A DNA stretch of 47,692 nucleotides from Octopus bimaculoides (GCF_001194135.2 NC_068988.1:69964196-70011887), one strand, 5' to 3'. Shown: positions 23,764 through 35,790, counted from the first letter of the stretch. The notes: generated by a model not told the origin, from the letters alone. Numbers and translations are program-made.

Positions 23764-24819
23764 GTAACTTGGTTTTAATACATCCAATCGAGTGGACTCC
23801 ATTAAATTTATGCAAGGGTCAGGTAGTGATGATAAATAAAATCCATGAGTTATGGATTAAATTTCCCTTCCATGAAACAATAAAAGCAAAGTTTCCCTCA
23901 GTTTCTGTCCTCAAAATTTCAGACTTAACATTAAAAGTTCACCAAAGTACTCAACAGTGGAGTGAAACCTCAGACTACTTGGTTACAAAGTGAATTTTTT
24001 TTTAACCACACGACTATACTTGTATCCATATTATTGATCAAGTAGACAAACTATTAGTTATCTAAGCTAGACACTAATGTGTTTTCTTTTTAATTCGACA
24101 AGAAATAAGTTTACTTCAATTCAATAAGAATATAACTAAATGAATGTCAGGAAGGAAATGTCTTTCGTTTACTGGTAAATCAATAAACTGTTCAGTCTTG
24201 AAACTTTTGTTTCTTACTCAACAGTTAGAGATAGGAAAGACATCTACCATTTTACATAGAATAATACTATACAATAAACTTTATAAATGGCAGTCTAGAA
24301 CATTAGAATTTGCTCAGTTGTCACTACAACTTTCAGATAAAGCAATCCCTTCTTATTTATAAACATAATATAATTCCAACAAATAGCTAAATCCAATGAG
24401 AATTTTCTGTTAACATCAATGTACAATAAGCTAAGCACATTTGGAAGATTTACTAGTCTGATACTTCGTTCTTTCAACACCAAAATGTTTGAAAAGCAAA
24501 AATGGCATCAGTTGGTTTTCGATTCAGACCATAGAGTACCCTGACTGAAATCCATAATATATATTGTCTAATGCCCTAACACTTCAAATGTGATATCAAA
24601 ATTTCAAAATTACAACTAAGCTAAGGTATCTAGAGTTGCACAGGTGGTGCCAAATATGCTGAAACAATTCTAATTACATTAAACCAAAACTTATAGTTAG
24701 TTTTATGTAATTTCTTTTGTAAGTCAAATTATATTTACACAAGCACACATACACTCACACATATGTATAGATCACTCTACTCTCTATCAACCAAACTATC
24801 AGACATTCTTAAACATTGA

Positions 24820-25130
24820 TGGTCACAATATCGTTGCATTCTTCCTTTGATTGTGCAATTCTTTCATTTGGGTCTAAATGCTTTGACTATGTCATCTTCC
24901 AATCAATTTGGAGGTCTTCCAACTGGTTTATTTTAAGGTCTACTACTGACCTCTGGGTGTCCAGCTCTGTTCATATGGACTGCAGCTGATTCTGTAGTTT
25001 CTACAATGTGCACAATGTCGACTGAAAATTAAAGGTGTGTTAGTAACTCATTGTTGATGCTGGTGCCACCTTTCCAATCAATATTTCTGGTGACCATTTT
25101 GTGACATGTAGTGAGGGGCTTTGGACAGAT
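24820..25130 (-). mobile_element. RTE-like LINE C-terminal fragment, degenerate
   Basis: Minus frame NKPVGRPPN*LEDDIVK resembles the RTE K(R)PxGRPxxRWxDDI motif. Confidence 0.4.
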
Positions 25131-25367
25131 GGTATCTTCTTGTTTGTTTCCCTGATTGAGTTATATTGTGTGGTATATCATGAGTTTTTGTCCCTGAGAA
25201 TTTGATGCATTATGCCTCAACTCCTTGCATATCCAGAGACTTCAACACCATGATTTGGTCACTTGTCATGTTTGATATAGCAGCTAAATCTCCATCAAAT
25301 CATAAGCTGAGAGCCTGCTTATACTCTTTTATTCTTGAAGCTGTATTTGAGAGAATACATATTCTCT

Positions 25368-25498
25368 CAGTCTATTTGTTTGTCTGTCCGTCTGTTTGTC
25401 TGTCTGTTTGTTTGTTCGTCTGTCTGTCTGTTTGTTTGTCCGTCTGTTTGCTTTTCCGTCCGTCTGTTTGTTTGTCTGTCTCTCTCTCTCTTTCTGTT

Positions 25499-25535
<37 letters not shown>

Positions 25536-25557
25536 TTATCTCTCTCTCTCTCTCTTT

Positions 25558-25590
<33 letters not shown>

Positions 25591-25631
25591 TCTCTCTCTC
25601 TCTCTCTCCATATATATATATATATATATTA
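25368..25631. repeat. Compound (TCTG/TTTG)n-(TC)n-(TA)n microsatellite
   Basis: Direct inspection. Confidence 0.95.
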
Positions 25632-25802
25632 ATATTTAGCAGCAGCAACAAAGTGACTCAAGGGCTCAGAGGTTCATGCATTGGTACTTATCAGACTAGT
25701 GACAGGTCTGTTTATATAGCTGGTTAAAATAACATTTTTCTGGAATGTTCTCAAAGACATATATGTATGTACATATATATGTATGTACATATATATGTAT
25801 GT

Positions 25803-25849
<47 letters not shown>

Positions 25850-25904
25850 TTCCTCTGGTTATGACTATTAATACAAGAGATTAGGATATTTACATAAAGA
25901 ATAG

Positions 25905-26070
25905 CTACACACTTGGGACCTGTGGTAAGAGAGATCAAGAATGACTTGGGATGAAATGGTGAAAAAGGATCTGGAGTTGTTGTAGTTCATAGGGGAGATG
26001 ACAAGGGACAATGGATACTGGTAATACACTGTGCGGGAGAAGACTCCTCTGCCTGTCCAGGCAAGCTGAA
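25905..26070 (+). mobile_element. RTE LINE ORF2 3' end fragment
   Basis: GTCGK..(frameshift)RMTWDEMVKKDLELL*FIGEMTRDNGYW*YTVREKT. Same family as 35600-35760 and 42330-42445. Confidence 0.7.
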
Positions 26071-26104
26071 ATATGTTAAAATTTGTGCCCATACCATCGC
26101 AATG

Positions 26105-26580
26105 AATAGTGCACTGAGGCATTCAAAAGGCTTAGAGAAGCCATTAGGAGGAAGAGATTAAACAAAAATCTGAAAACGATCTTCGTTCATGACAATGTAT
26201 GACCACACACATCTTTAAAAAATACCAAGCAATTGGCAAATTGGGCTGTTCTCCCATTCACTGAATAGCTCAGATTCAGCAGCCTGTGACTTCAGCATGA
26301 TTAGTCCAATGAAGGTCAGTTTTTGGACACAAGGATTTGATGACAAAGACAAGATGACAGTGGCTGTGAAATGGACATAACAGTGCACACCTGAATTTTT
26401 TCAATGGAGATTTGTAAATTGGTTCAATGATGACACAAATTCATTATTTGAGAAGGAAGCTATGTCAAATAGTATTGTTTTTTTTTTATAGAGAAAGACT
26501 TAACATATCAATTTGTGTAATTTGAACAACCTATGTCATTTAATAAAAAAAAATTATGTCCACTTTTACATCAAGTAGTA
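26105..26580 (+). mobile_element. mariner-type transposase C-terminal relic
   Basis: RLREAIRRKR..IFVHDNV*PHTSLK..SSDSAACDF..MTVAVKW..PEFF, a degenerate match to the mariner HDNARPH...YSPDLAPSDF region. Confidence 0.6.
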
Positions 26581-27059
26581 TCTGATCCACATACTAACAC
26601 ATGGCCCCTCCCTTTCTCACCTTTACTACCGAAGTTCTCTTGTCCATCTTGAGATATATAAGGGACCTCTTCAGATTTACTTGTATGCCATACACTCTGC
26701 CTATAGTCCCCAATAACCATTTAGTGTCGACATTCTTCATACATTCTCAAAATTTATTCACATTTTGCTAGAAAGCACTCGCTCACTTTATCTTCTTTAC
26801 AACTGGTACCATGATAAAATGTAACTAATACACTCTGTAAAATGAATGGTGTTAAATGTGCAGCAATTAAAGAGTAAATTGTTTTCTAGCTTCAAAGATA
26901 TTTGAAACTGTGTGCTAACTTTTAGAATGTGTGATTTATAAGTAAGGAATTTATAGTATATAAATTCCAGTATATACTGTCAAGTATAATATATAGTGTA
27001 TACACTACTATGTAAGAGAGATGAGTGAAAGAGTGTATGAATACTGTGTTTCTCAGAGA

Positions 27060-27104
<45 letters not shown>

Positions 27105-27355
27105 CATAAAATAGAGAGAGACAAAGAGAGTTAAAAAAGGAGAAAGATTAAAAGAAATTAATGAGAAAATAAAGGAGAAAGAAAAGCAGAGTTTGATGTC
27201 ATGAACTGACAATGTTTTTGTACTTCACATAAATACTTTTATTCTAATACCATTCAATTGCAACTACCAGTCTTTTGATATCTTTTCTTAAATCCTCAAC
27301 ATTTTACCACCAAGGGGTTTTGAATCTGGAGTTTTTTCTTCATGTGTTATTCTAG

Positions 27356-27365
27356 GATGATTTTG
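27356..27365 (+). CDS. Candidate 10-nt microexon (GATGATTTTG)
   Basis: TTTTTTCTTCATGTGTTATTCTAG|GATGATTTTG|GTGAGT has consensus sites on both sides and is phase-compatible with the next candidates. Confidence 0.4.
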
Positions 27366-27787
27366 GTGAGTTGTGAGCAAATTTTAGAAAAGATTCACTG
27401 AGAAAATTTAATGTTGTTTCAAGACATCAACACCTGCTAATACATAGCTGTTATCAATGTTCTGAGAAGACATGATATATTATTGGAACTCAAAATATTT
27501 TCACCAGAAATGTTGCTTCATTTGTGAGTGATACTCATTTTACTAAAGCAATATTACATTTACAGTGAAAAAAAAACAAAAACAAATCAGTTATTTAAAG
27601 AAGAATTTTATTTGCATTAGCTCAATTCTCTTTTAGATAATACATCTAGTAAAACAACCATAACTATATGTTTAGGCAAAAGTAGGATTAAAATGCTAAT
27701 TTTGACAAAATTATAATTCATTATGGCTTCCTATTTTGCTCTCATAGCTGAAAATGTTTGATTTTATTATCACAAATAAGTAAACAA

Positions 27788-28670
27788 TGGTGGTGAACTG
27801 GCAGATTTATTAGCATGCCAGACAAAATGCTTAACAGCATTTTGTCTGTCTTTATGTTCTGAGTTCAAATTCTGTTGTGGTCGACTTTGCCTTTCATCTT
27901 TTCAGGGTCGATAAAATAAGTACCATTTGAATACTGGGGTTGATATAATTGACAAACCCTTTCCTCCGAAATTGCTGGTCTTGTGCCAAAATTTGAAATC
28001 AATATTATGAATAAGTAAGGTGGTTAGCTGGCAGAATTATTGATGCACTGGGAAAAATTCTTAGCAGCATTTTCTCCATTTTTATGTTCTGAGTTCAAAT
28101 GCCTCAGGAATCGACTTACTTTTCCTCCTTTTGGGGTCGATAAAATAAGTACAAGTTGAACATTAGGATTGATGTAATAGACTTATCCCCACCCCTGAAA
28201 TTGCTGGCCTTGTGCCAAAATTTGAAATCAGTAATAAGATGGTAAGCTGGCGGAACTGTTAGCATGCTGGACAAGATGTTTAGTGGCATTTCATCTGTCT
28301 TTACATTTTGAGTTCAAATTCTGTTGAGGTCCACTTTGCCTTTCATCCTTTCCAGATTGATAAAATAAGTACCAGCTGAACAGTGGGGTCAATGTAATCG
28401 ACTTACCCCAACCCCTGAAACTGTCGGCCTTGTGCCAAAATTTGAAACCAATATTACAAATTGCAACAAACTGGCAAAACTGTTAGCATGCCAGACAATG
28501 CTTAGCAGTATATTAGCTGGCTTTATGCTCAGTATTGAAATTTCACTGAGATTTGACTTTGCCTTTTATCCTTTTGTGGTAGATAAATTAAGTACCAGTT
28601 GAGTACTGAGATCAATGTGATTCACTAGTCCTTTCTCCAAAAATTTCAGACCATGAGCTTATTGTAAAAT
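27788..28670 (+). mobile_element. Four head-to-tail SINE-A copies (about 27788-28000, 28018-28229, 28238-28449, 28460-28670)
   Basis: Four GCTGGCAG..TTAGCA..GAGTTCAAATT..GACTTTGCCTTTCATCC..AAGTACCAG units separated by short AT spacers. Confidence 0.9.
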
Positions 28671-28905
28671 GATTAAAGGAATATTAAAAATTGCCAGATG
28701 CTGGATTAGCAGAATCACTACAACTGCAGGCAAAACAAGGGAACTTCAATGTGGTTGTCAATTGACATTCCAGGAAATAGTAATAGAAAATAGTAAATCT
28801 CCTTCAAGTTACACTCAATCTTCTTATAACATGAAGCTCACATTAAATGATGTGCTCCTAAATATATTGTACTGGAAGGCTTAATTTATATAAGAATATT
28901 TTCAG

Positions 28906-28940
28906 ACAGGCTTTTATTGGAAAATCAGAAATGGTTTAAG
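28906..28940 (+). CDS. Candidate 35-nt exon with GC donor
   Basis: ATATTTTCAG|ACAGGC...TTTAAG|GCAAGT, which fits the GC-AG donor consensus. Reads DRLLLENQKWFK or TGFYWKIRNGL depending on frame. Confidence 0.4.
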
Positions 28941-29359
28941 GCAAGTTTGTGTTAAAAGGACAAAATACTTCAAACCAATTTCAGAATCTCTTTTGAAGTT
29001 ATTATTGTGTATTATATCAATGATGAGTACAGTGAGAGTAAACAATGCATATATTCAATTCTGCAAGTTAACAAAGCACATGTTAATCATACAATACTCC
29101 TACTGCTTACACATGACACCTATATTGCCATTGACTGACGTTGAATTGATTTATTGAATCAGTAAGTGATTTATTTCTTATCAATTCATTTACTTCTCAA
29201 CTTCATTCATTGGAAATTGACCTTTGTGATTTGATAAATGATTTAGTTACAAACGAAGCTAACTGTGGTATAATTCACAGCTAGATAGTTTACTTACATT
29301 GTCTCTGTCTATGATGACCACCTGCAGAAGTTTGGTGAATTAGCTGAACTACTAACATT

Positions 29360-29870
29360 ATAGACTAAACTTACCAAAGACCTTTGTCTTTGGTACTATT
29401 AGGAACTATCTTCAATTCGGTTTTGATGCCTATCCTCACCAATGGTCATGCTGACAAAGAGTACAATTATGAATACAAGCAGATGAAATGGAGTTCCTTC
29501 AAAGGATTCCTGGAGTAATTTTACTGGACAGGATGTGAAGCTCAGAGATCAGGGAGTCTCTCCAGGTCACACTAATACTTTTCTGAATTTAGAGGTCACA
29601 GCTCTAGTACTACTGACATGTGATAAGAATGCCCACAAGAAAAAATTGCAAAATAGATTCTTCAAGCCAAGCCAAGTCAACAATCAGGCACCCTAAGAGT
29701 AGAGCATGAGTGAGATGGTTGGATAATATCCATATTCTCATCTTGTCAGGCTTAGGAATCCAGCCAGAAACACTAATGGTGGACGATTCTGATGGGACTC
29801 TATGGAAGAGGTGCCTGAAAACTCTATCCCCATGACATTCCCACAAATAGTGAGCAGAGAAGCTGGATGG
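29360..29870 (+). mobile_element. RTE-type LINE ORF2 C-terminal fragment, third family
   Basis: IQADEMEFLQRIPGVILLDRM*SSEIRESLQV...HVIRMP...VRWLDNI...LWKRCL, matching the RTE AAEMRFLRRI.GV...DR..S.EIR and RW.D patterns. Confidence 0.7.
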
Positions 29871-31201
29871 ATGGACGAGTAGAAACAAATATACAGAAAT
29901 ATGGTACTAATCTATGCCACAGCCAACCTATATCAAAGGAATTCTAGCCATGACCAACCTGTATTTTACCACCATAAAATGGATCTCTGTCAGAATTTCC
30001 AACCATAAGTTTTCAGTTCATTGAATTAATCTGTAAGTGACTGAGTATTCCACAGAAACATGTACCTTTTGTGTAATTCCCAGGAATCAGCATAATAAGG
30101 CTGGTATATCTATTTGATGGACTCTGATAGAGTTCACATCTAATTTCACTCAAAGTATAGGTTTACCCAAGGCAATAGAAATAACACTCGCCCATGATGC
30201 TATGCAGGACCTTCTTAACCATTTGGCCAGACGTTACATAGAATACAATAGGTGCTATATAGCTGAGTGTTTATGCAGTCTTAGATATAATATCATTCAC
30301 ACATTTTACAACTGGTATTATGCTAAAACAGATCTCGATTACAGGTCTTAATAGTGGTTGCTGGTCTTATTTAATCCTTGGTCAATCTTGATAGAGTTGA
30401 TTTAGGCTCAAAGGCATTCCAGACATTTTCTTCCTATCTTTTTGTATATTTAGGAATATATTGTCCACTGGATCTTTTTCTCTCTTCTAAACAAGCAAGA
30501 GGTGATTTGAAAAAGGTTTGACTGCAATGCCCAGCAGTGTAAATGACCATGTAGAGGTTCCCTCATTATCTCATATGGATCAATTATATCAATATGTGAA
30601 AATTAGTAATCTTTAGTATGGTGGGAGGTGAGTTAATTAGTGTACCTTGTGTATGTGTTTGTATATATGTGTATGTGCTTGTGTATGTATGTATGGGCAT
30701 GTGTATGTATGTATGTGCTAGGGAAGAGGTTAATTAGCTTGCTTTGCAGGAAATATTCTATTAACTTTCACAAAGTAATCTACTATAACTATCATGTATA
30801 ATAAAGAAATATAAATAATTAATCGCAGAAATCAATTATTTCACATGACCATCATTATAATTGTTTATAACCTGATATGCTCAATACTTTAAGTATATTG
30901 AAGAGATAAATAAGCATATATGGAAAAAGACTCAGAAACAGATGGTGGTGGTGGAGGAGATGATAGTGAGAGTCAAAAAATATAGAAAGAGAAAAAGAAA
31001 AGGAACAAAATCTAAGGAAAGGAAGTAAAATCAGAAAATCATTTATATGTGTGCACTTTCATACATATATACACACATGCACACACACTCTGCACAAACA
31101 TACAGATAGACAGGCAGGCAGGCAGGTCGACAGACAGACAGAAAGAAAGAAAGAATACAATATGAGTAGGCAGTTGCAATGCATCAAATCATTTATAACA
31201 G

Positions 31202-31310
31202 AATACAGAAAAGAGTAAATAGACTTATAAATATAGCAAACAACCAGGAGAATCCAGAGAGTGAAAGCTCAATGTTATTTTCAAAGACAGATTCAAATTC
31301 AAATCCATAA
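31202..31310 (+). CDS. Candidate terminal coding exon (IQKRVNRLINIANNQENPESESSMLFSKTDSNSNP*)
   Basis: TTTATAACAG| acceptor (weak tract), 35 open codons to TAA at 31308-31310, and AATAAA at 31337-31342. Phase-compatible with the 28906-28940 exon in frame B. Confidence 0.25.
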
Positions 31311-31547
31311 AATTCATTCAGTAATGTAGTTGACGAAATAAAGGAGAATTTCAGTGGGCCTTCATGTTGGTTCAGCCTATATGGGGAAATAGAACCCATA
31401 GGATCACTACTGGTAATCTTGCAAGTAATAGACAGGAAAATGCTGATAGTTCTTTACATCTGTTTCAGGAGTTGGTGATCATTAGAAGCTTTTTTGTGCA
31501 TTGTGTCAACATATACATAAGTTAGATTGGTGCTTGTTATTGTATAT

Positions 31548-31853
31548 CAGTGGTTACCAAAGTGGGCAGTATTGCCCCCCCCCCTGGGGGCAGTGGAAAG
31601 TTCCAAGGGGACATTGAAGAAACGTGGGGCGATAGTGGTTCATGCAAAAAGTGGGGTGATAATGGGGTAATGATTCATGTGAAAACAACAAAATAATGAG
31701 TTCATTAGATTAAGTTTTGTCTGTGAAATACAGTTGCTTTGACTTTGCTTCAGAATGAAGACCATGTTTGTGATGATTAGTTGGGGTGAGGGCACTAGGA
31801 ATGTGGCCTAGGTGTCAAGGGGGCAGCAACCTGAAAAAGCTTGGGAATCACTG
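31548..31853. mobile_element. hAT-superfamily MITE, 306 bp
   Basis: TIRs CAGTGGTTACCAA / TTGGGAATCACTG, flanked by a perfect 8-bp TSD TTGTATAT (31540-31547 and 31854-31861). Confidence 0.9.
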
Positions 31854-32059
31854 TTGTATATTAAACAGTACAGGTGAAACTTGTGTGATTAACCTAGCTC
31901 ATCAGAAGAAGAACATACATGCATCTATAGTTTATAATTCTGCTTAGCCATAGCAGGACCAATAACCAGTTGGTAGAATTCAATACACTTATAATGCAGA
32001 ATATCATTCAGTTTCAATTGAGAAACAGTGTGGTTTATATGGCATCCTCACCTCTGGAT

Positions 32060-32255
32060 TCTATATAAACCAGAAGATAAGTACAGATCACCAGAGGCTT
32101 GATGTCACCTTGGAGGATGCAGAGGGCTGACACAGGACTGCCAGTGATGGAGAGCACTAGTGGACCTGGTCAGCTCCATACAAGGTGATACCTCTGGGAC
32201 CACTAATTTGGAATGGCCCCAGCCCCATCAAGCAAGAGCAGAAAGCCAAGAAGGC
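32060..32255 (+). mobile_element. RTE-like LINE 3' end (same family as 14670-14900)
   Basis: See 14670-14900. Opposite orientation. Confidence 0.5.
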
Positions 32256-32334
32256 TAACTAAGCCTAACACATATAAACACATTTATTTAGAAATACATA
32301 GATATAGGCTATGCAATAATATATCCGTTCACAT

Positions 32335-32722
32335 GTTGTGTTGTTGGCACTCCGTCGCTTACGACGTTGAGGGTTCCAGTTGATCAGATCAACGGAACAG
32401 CCTGCTCGTGAAATTAACGTACAAGTGGCTGAGCACTCCACAGACACGTGTACCCTTAACGTAGTTCTTGGGGATATTCAGCGTGACACAGTGTGACAAG
32501 GCTGACCCTTTGAATTACAGGTACAACAGAAACAGGAAGTAAGAGTGAGAGAAAGTTGTGGTGAAAGAGTACAGCAGGGTTCACCACCATCCCCTGCTGG
32601 AGCCTCGTGGAGCTTTAGGTGTTTTCGCTCAATAAACACTCACAATGCCCCGGTCCGGGAATCGAAACCACAATCCTATGACCGCGAGTCCGCTGCCCTA
32701 ACCACTGGGCCATTGCGCCTCC
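32335..32722 (-). mobile_element. tRNA(Arg)-derived SINE family C, full length, young
   Basis: Minus 5' end GGAGGCGCAATGGCCCAGTGGTTAGGGCAGCGGACTCGCGGTCATAGGATTGTGGTTTCGATTCCCGG shows A and B boxes, an intact D-arm and TCG in the anticodon position. About 320 nt of body and a CAA-rich tail follow, with many CpGs retained. Confidence 0.85.
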
Positions 32723-33020
32723 ATCCATTCACATACACATACTCATAATTAGCAGTAGTTATTCAGAAATTACAGTAATCAGATTAAGAACAGGGTGGAA
32801 AAAGTCCAGGAAGCTATTACCTCTACCAGTAACAAAATCTTTTTCCCCAGAGTGAATGGTCAATTGCATGACACTAGTACTAGAACTATTACCAATTATA
32901 CCTCTTTTAACTCTACCCTGAAATATCCCTGCCTTTCTCTTAATGCTTTTGCTCCTTCCACTTTCCCACTGATTTTGGCCCTTCTGCTGTCATTGCTCCC
33001 TTTCCTATTCCCCTGTTCAG

Positions 33021-33034
33021 TCTACACACCTCAG
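33021..33034 (+). CDS. Candidate 14-nt microexon (TCTACACACCTCAG)
   Basis: CCCTTTCCTATTCCCCTGTTCAG|...CAG|GTAACT. Phase-compatible with both neighbouring candidates. Confidence 0.35.
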
Positions 33035-34243
33035 GTAACTGAGTATATGTTACATTTACTGAAGAAAAGGCATATCGGTTGAAGTGAACACCTCCCCTGC
33101 TACGTTCCCACCACAGGTGAATGATGAGTAAAACCACCTCCCAAGAGCTGGTGCTATGAAAAATACACCCAGTACACTTTGTAAGGTAGAGGCTTATAGA
33201 TAGTGTTTAGCATATAACTGAACACTTAATATTATGAAGATCCTCATCATTAAAGAAAAGTATACAGGAATAATCAAGTGACTTCTACAAAGTGTCAAAA
33301 AAGTGGATGGTTATAACAAGTGTATCATACCATAGAAACCAAGCCAGATGACAGGTACAAGCATCAGTCTATGGGAGCAGTGGCTCCTAATTGGATATTA
33401 ACTGGATTGTGATGCCCTACCCAACACAAGTCAGCATGGTAAGCAAATATAAAATGATGATAGCGATAATACATACATACATGCATACACAAACACACAC
33501 ACACATATATATCCATACTTTGATGACAGAAAGTAATGGGTTACTTTGATGCAAGTTCATTGCAGTCAAATGGTATTTGACAGATATGTGGTTTAAATCC
33601 TGTAGGCAAGTCTATCCACTTTATTCTGCTTTATGTCATATTTGTGAAGTTGCTTACATCTTAGTTAATCTTAGTGTGTGCAGGTATGTGTCCTTGTATG
33701 TGTGTGGATATGTATGTATGTGTGTGTTTGAATGCATGTATATATATACACAGAGAGAGGGAGGGAGAGAGTTAATGATGCAAATAAAGATATAAACTCA
33801 CTCAGGCATGATATATAAAATATACATATTGAGAGAGAGAGTGAGAGAGAAACTGAAATTATTCAAATGAACATTTGTATACAATTATGTAGATATTTAT
33901 ATATTTTCAAGAAAGTATTACATAGAGTACAAAAGATACAAAAAATTTATGAGGTGAGGGCAGGGTATATAAATATTACCATAAACCTAACCTCCACTCT
34001 GAAGGCAGAGGCTGGATATATAATAATGCTTATATACATCCACTCCTGGTTGCCTATCCTTGACTTTTTGCACTTAGAACCATTACATCATTTCAAACCC
34101 CCAGAAACAACTGTTGGGCCTCAAGTATCTGCTCTCCCCACTTAGTCCTATTTATGTTTCGTACTCCATGTAAATCTCTCTTGTAAATATATAAATATCT
34201 ATATACTTATATGCGAATGTTCATCTTCTGAATGTTTTCTATT

Positions 34244-34249
<6 letters not shown>

Positions 34250-34331
<82 letters not shown>

Positions 34332-34795
34332 NNNNNNNNNNNNNNNNNNNNNNNNNNNNNNNNNNNNNNNNNNNNNNNNNNNNNNNNNNNNNNNNNNNNN
34401 NNNNNNNNNNNNNNNNNNNNNNNNNNNNNNNNNNNNNNNNNNNNNNNNNNNNNNNNNNNNNNNNNNNNNNNNNNNNNNNNNNNNNNNNNNNNNNNNNNNN
34501 NNNNNNNNNNNNNNNNNNNNNNNNNNNNNNNNNNNNNNNNNNNNNNNNNNNNNNNNNNNNNNNNNNNNNNNNNNNNNNNNNNNNNNNNNNNNNNNNNNNN
34601 NNNNNNNNNNNNNNNNNNNNNNNNNNNNNNNNNNNNNNNNNNNNNNNNNNNNNNNNNNNNNNNNNNNNNNNNNNNNNNNNNNNNNNNNNNNNNNNNNNNN
34701 NNNNNNNNNNNNNNNNNNNNNNNNNNNNNNNNNNNNNNNNNNNNNNNNNNNNNNNNNNNNNNNNNNNNNNNNNNNNNNNNNNNNNNNNNNNNNNN

Positions 34796-34870
<75 letters not shown>

Positions 34871-34890
34871 AGAGAGAGGGAAAGAGAGAG
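34250..34890. repeat. (TC)n-(TA)n-gap-(TA)n-(GA)n compound microsatellite
   Basis: Direct inspection. Gap at 34332-34795. Confidence 0.95.
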
Positions 34891-34895
34891 ATAAA

Positions 34896-35790
34896 ATGAA
34901 AGTTATGGAAAAAGTCATGGCTCGTTTAATTCGGAAAAGAATCAGATTAGATGAAATGAAGTTTGGCTTTGTACAAGGAAGAAGTTCTTCTGACATTATC
35001 TTGGTATGTAGGAAAGGCGTAGGTAGGATTTCCATATGTTGTACTCAGTGCAAGCAATAGACACACAAGAGAAGCAGTGGAATAATAGGAAAATTATCAG
35101 AGAAAGTAGTGTTTGTATGTAGAAGATGCATAAGTACCATAAAAACTACAGATTCTTGGGAAATTAATTTTCTAAAATGCTCTGGAGGCTTTTTGGAGGT
35201 AGCAGATAATTTTTGCTATCTAGGGGACCTAATTAGGAGTGGAGGAGGATGTACAGAAGGTGTAATTGCAAGAATAGGATGGAGAAAATTTAGAGAGCTT
35301 TTACCTCTGTTGGCAACCAAAGGACTCTCTCTTTCTCCCTCTCTGAATGACAGGAAGATTGTATGATGCATGTATACAAACCACAATGCTACATGGTAGT
35401 GAGACATGGGCTGCTAGAGAGAAATGAAGCTAGTATGCTCCACTAGATGTGCAATGTCAGTGTACATGTATGATAGAGTGCTAATGTATTGAGAGAGAAG
35501 TTTAGCATAAGTGGAATTAGATTCAGTGTGAAAAAGAGAAAACTGCACTGGTTTGGTCATGTGATTTGTATGAATGTAGACATTTGTGTATGAATGTTGA
35601 TAATTGTGTACAGAAGTGGAACTCATGGAAGAAGGAGATTCGGGAAAACATGAAACGAAATACTGAAGGTCAATCTTAAGACACTGAACATTACAAAGAT
35701 GACAATAGACCAATATTTCTGGCACCTTGCTGTACTCAAGAAGACCTGTCAGTCACAGCAGAATTGGTGCTGGTGCTGGTGTGCTGTAAA
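34896..35790 (+). mobile_element. RTE LINE ORF2 fragment with a large internal deletion and an embedded Cys/His-rich module
   Basis: MKVMEKVMARLIRKRIRLDEMKFGFVQGRSSSDII (RT QFGF..GRST region) is joined directly to CRKGVGRISICCTQCKQ*THKRSSG...FVCRRC, then LEVADNFCYLGDLI..GGG...WRKFRELLPLL..HGSETW and the 3' UTR. Confidence 0.8.

Larger units (their letters stand above)
23361..25303. repeat. 48-bp inverted repeat pair (23361-23408 and 25256-25303), 47/48 identical
   Basis: ATGATTTGAGGGAGATTTAGCTGCTATATCAAACATGACAAGTGACCA versus the reverse complement of TGGTCACTTGTCATGTTTGATATAGCAGCTAAATCTCCATCAAATCAT. Confidence 0.9.

Noticed and set aside
27788-28670. Regularly spaced repeats resembling a CRISPR-like or satellite array
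   Set aside because: The units are ~210-bp SINE monomers with short AT linkers in a eukaryotic context, with no repeat-spacer architecture or cas genes.
31193-31399. Minus-strand 68-aa ORF with a hydrophobic C-terminus
   Set aside because: The hydrophobicity reflects the A-rich plus strand. There are no minus-strand splice or promoter signals, and the plus-strand exon reading is at least as plausible.
32652-32722. tRNA-Arg(TCG)-like sequence on the minus strand
   Set aside because: The D-arm and boxes are present, but the acceptor and anticodon stems do not pair properly and it continues into a 320-nt SINE body. It is a SINE head, not a tRNA gene.
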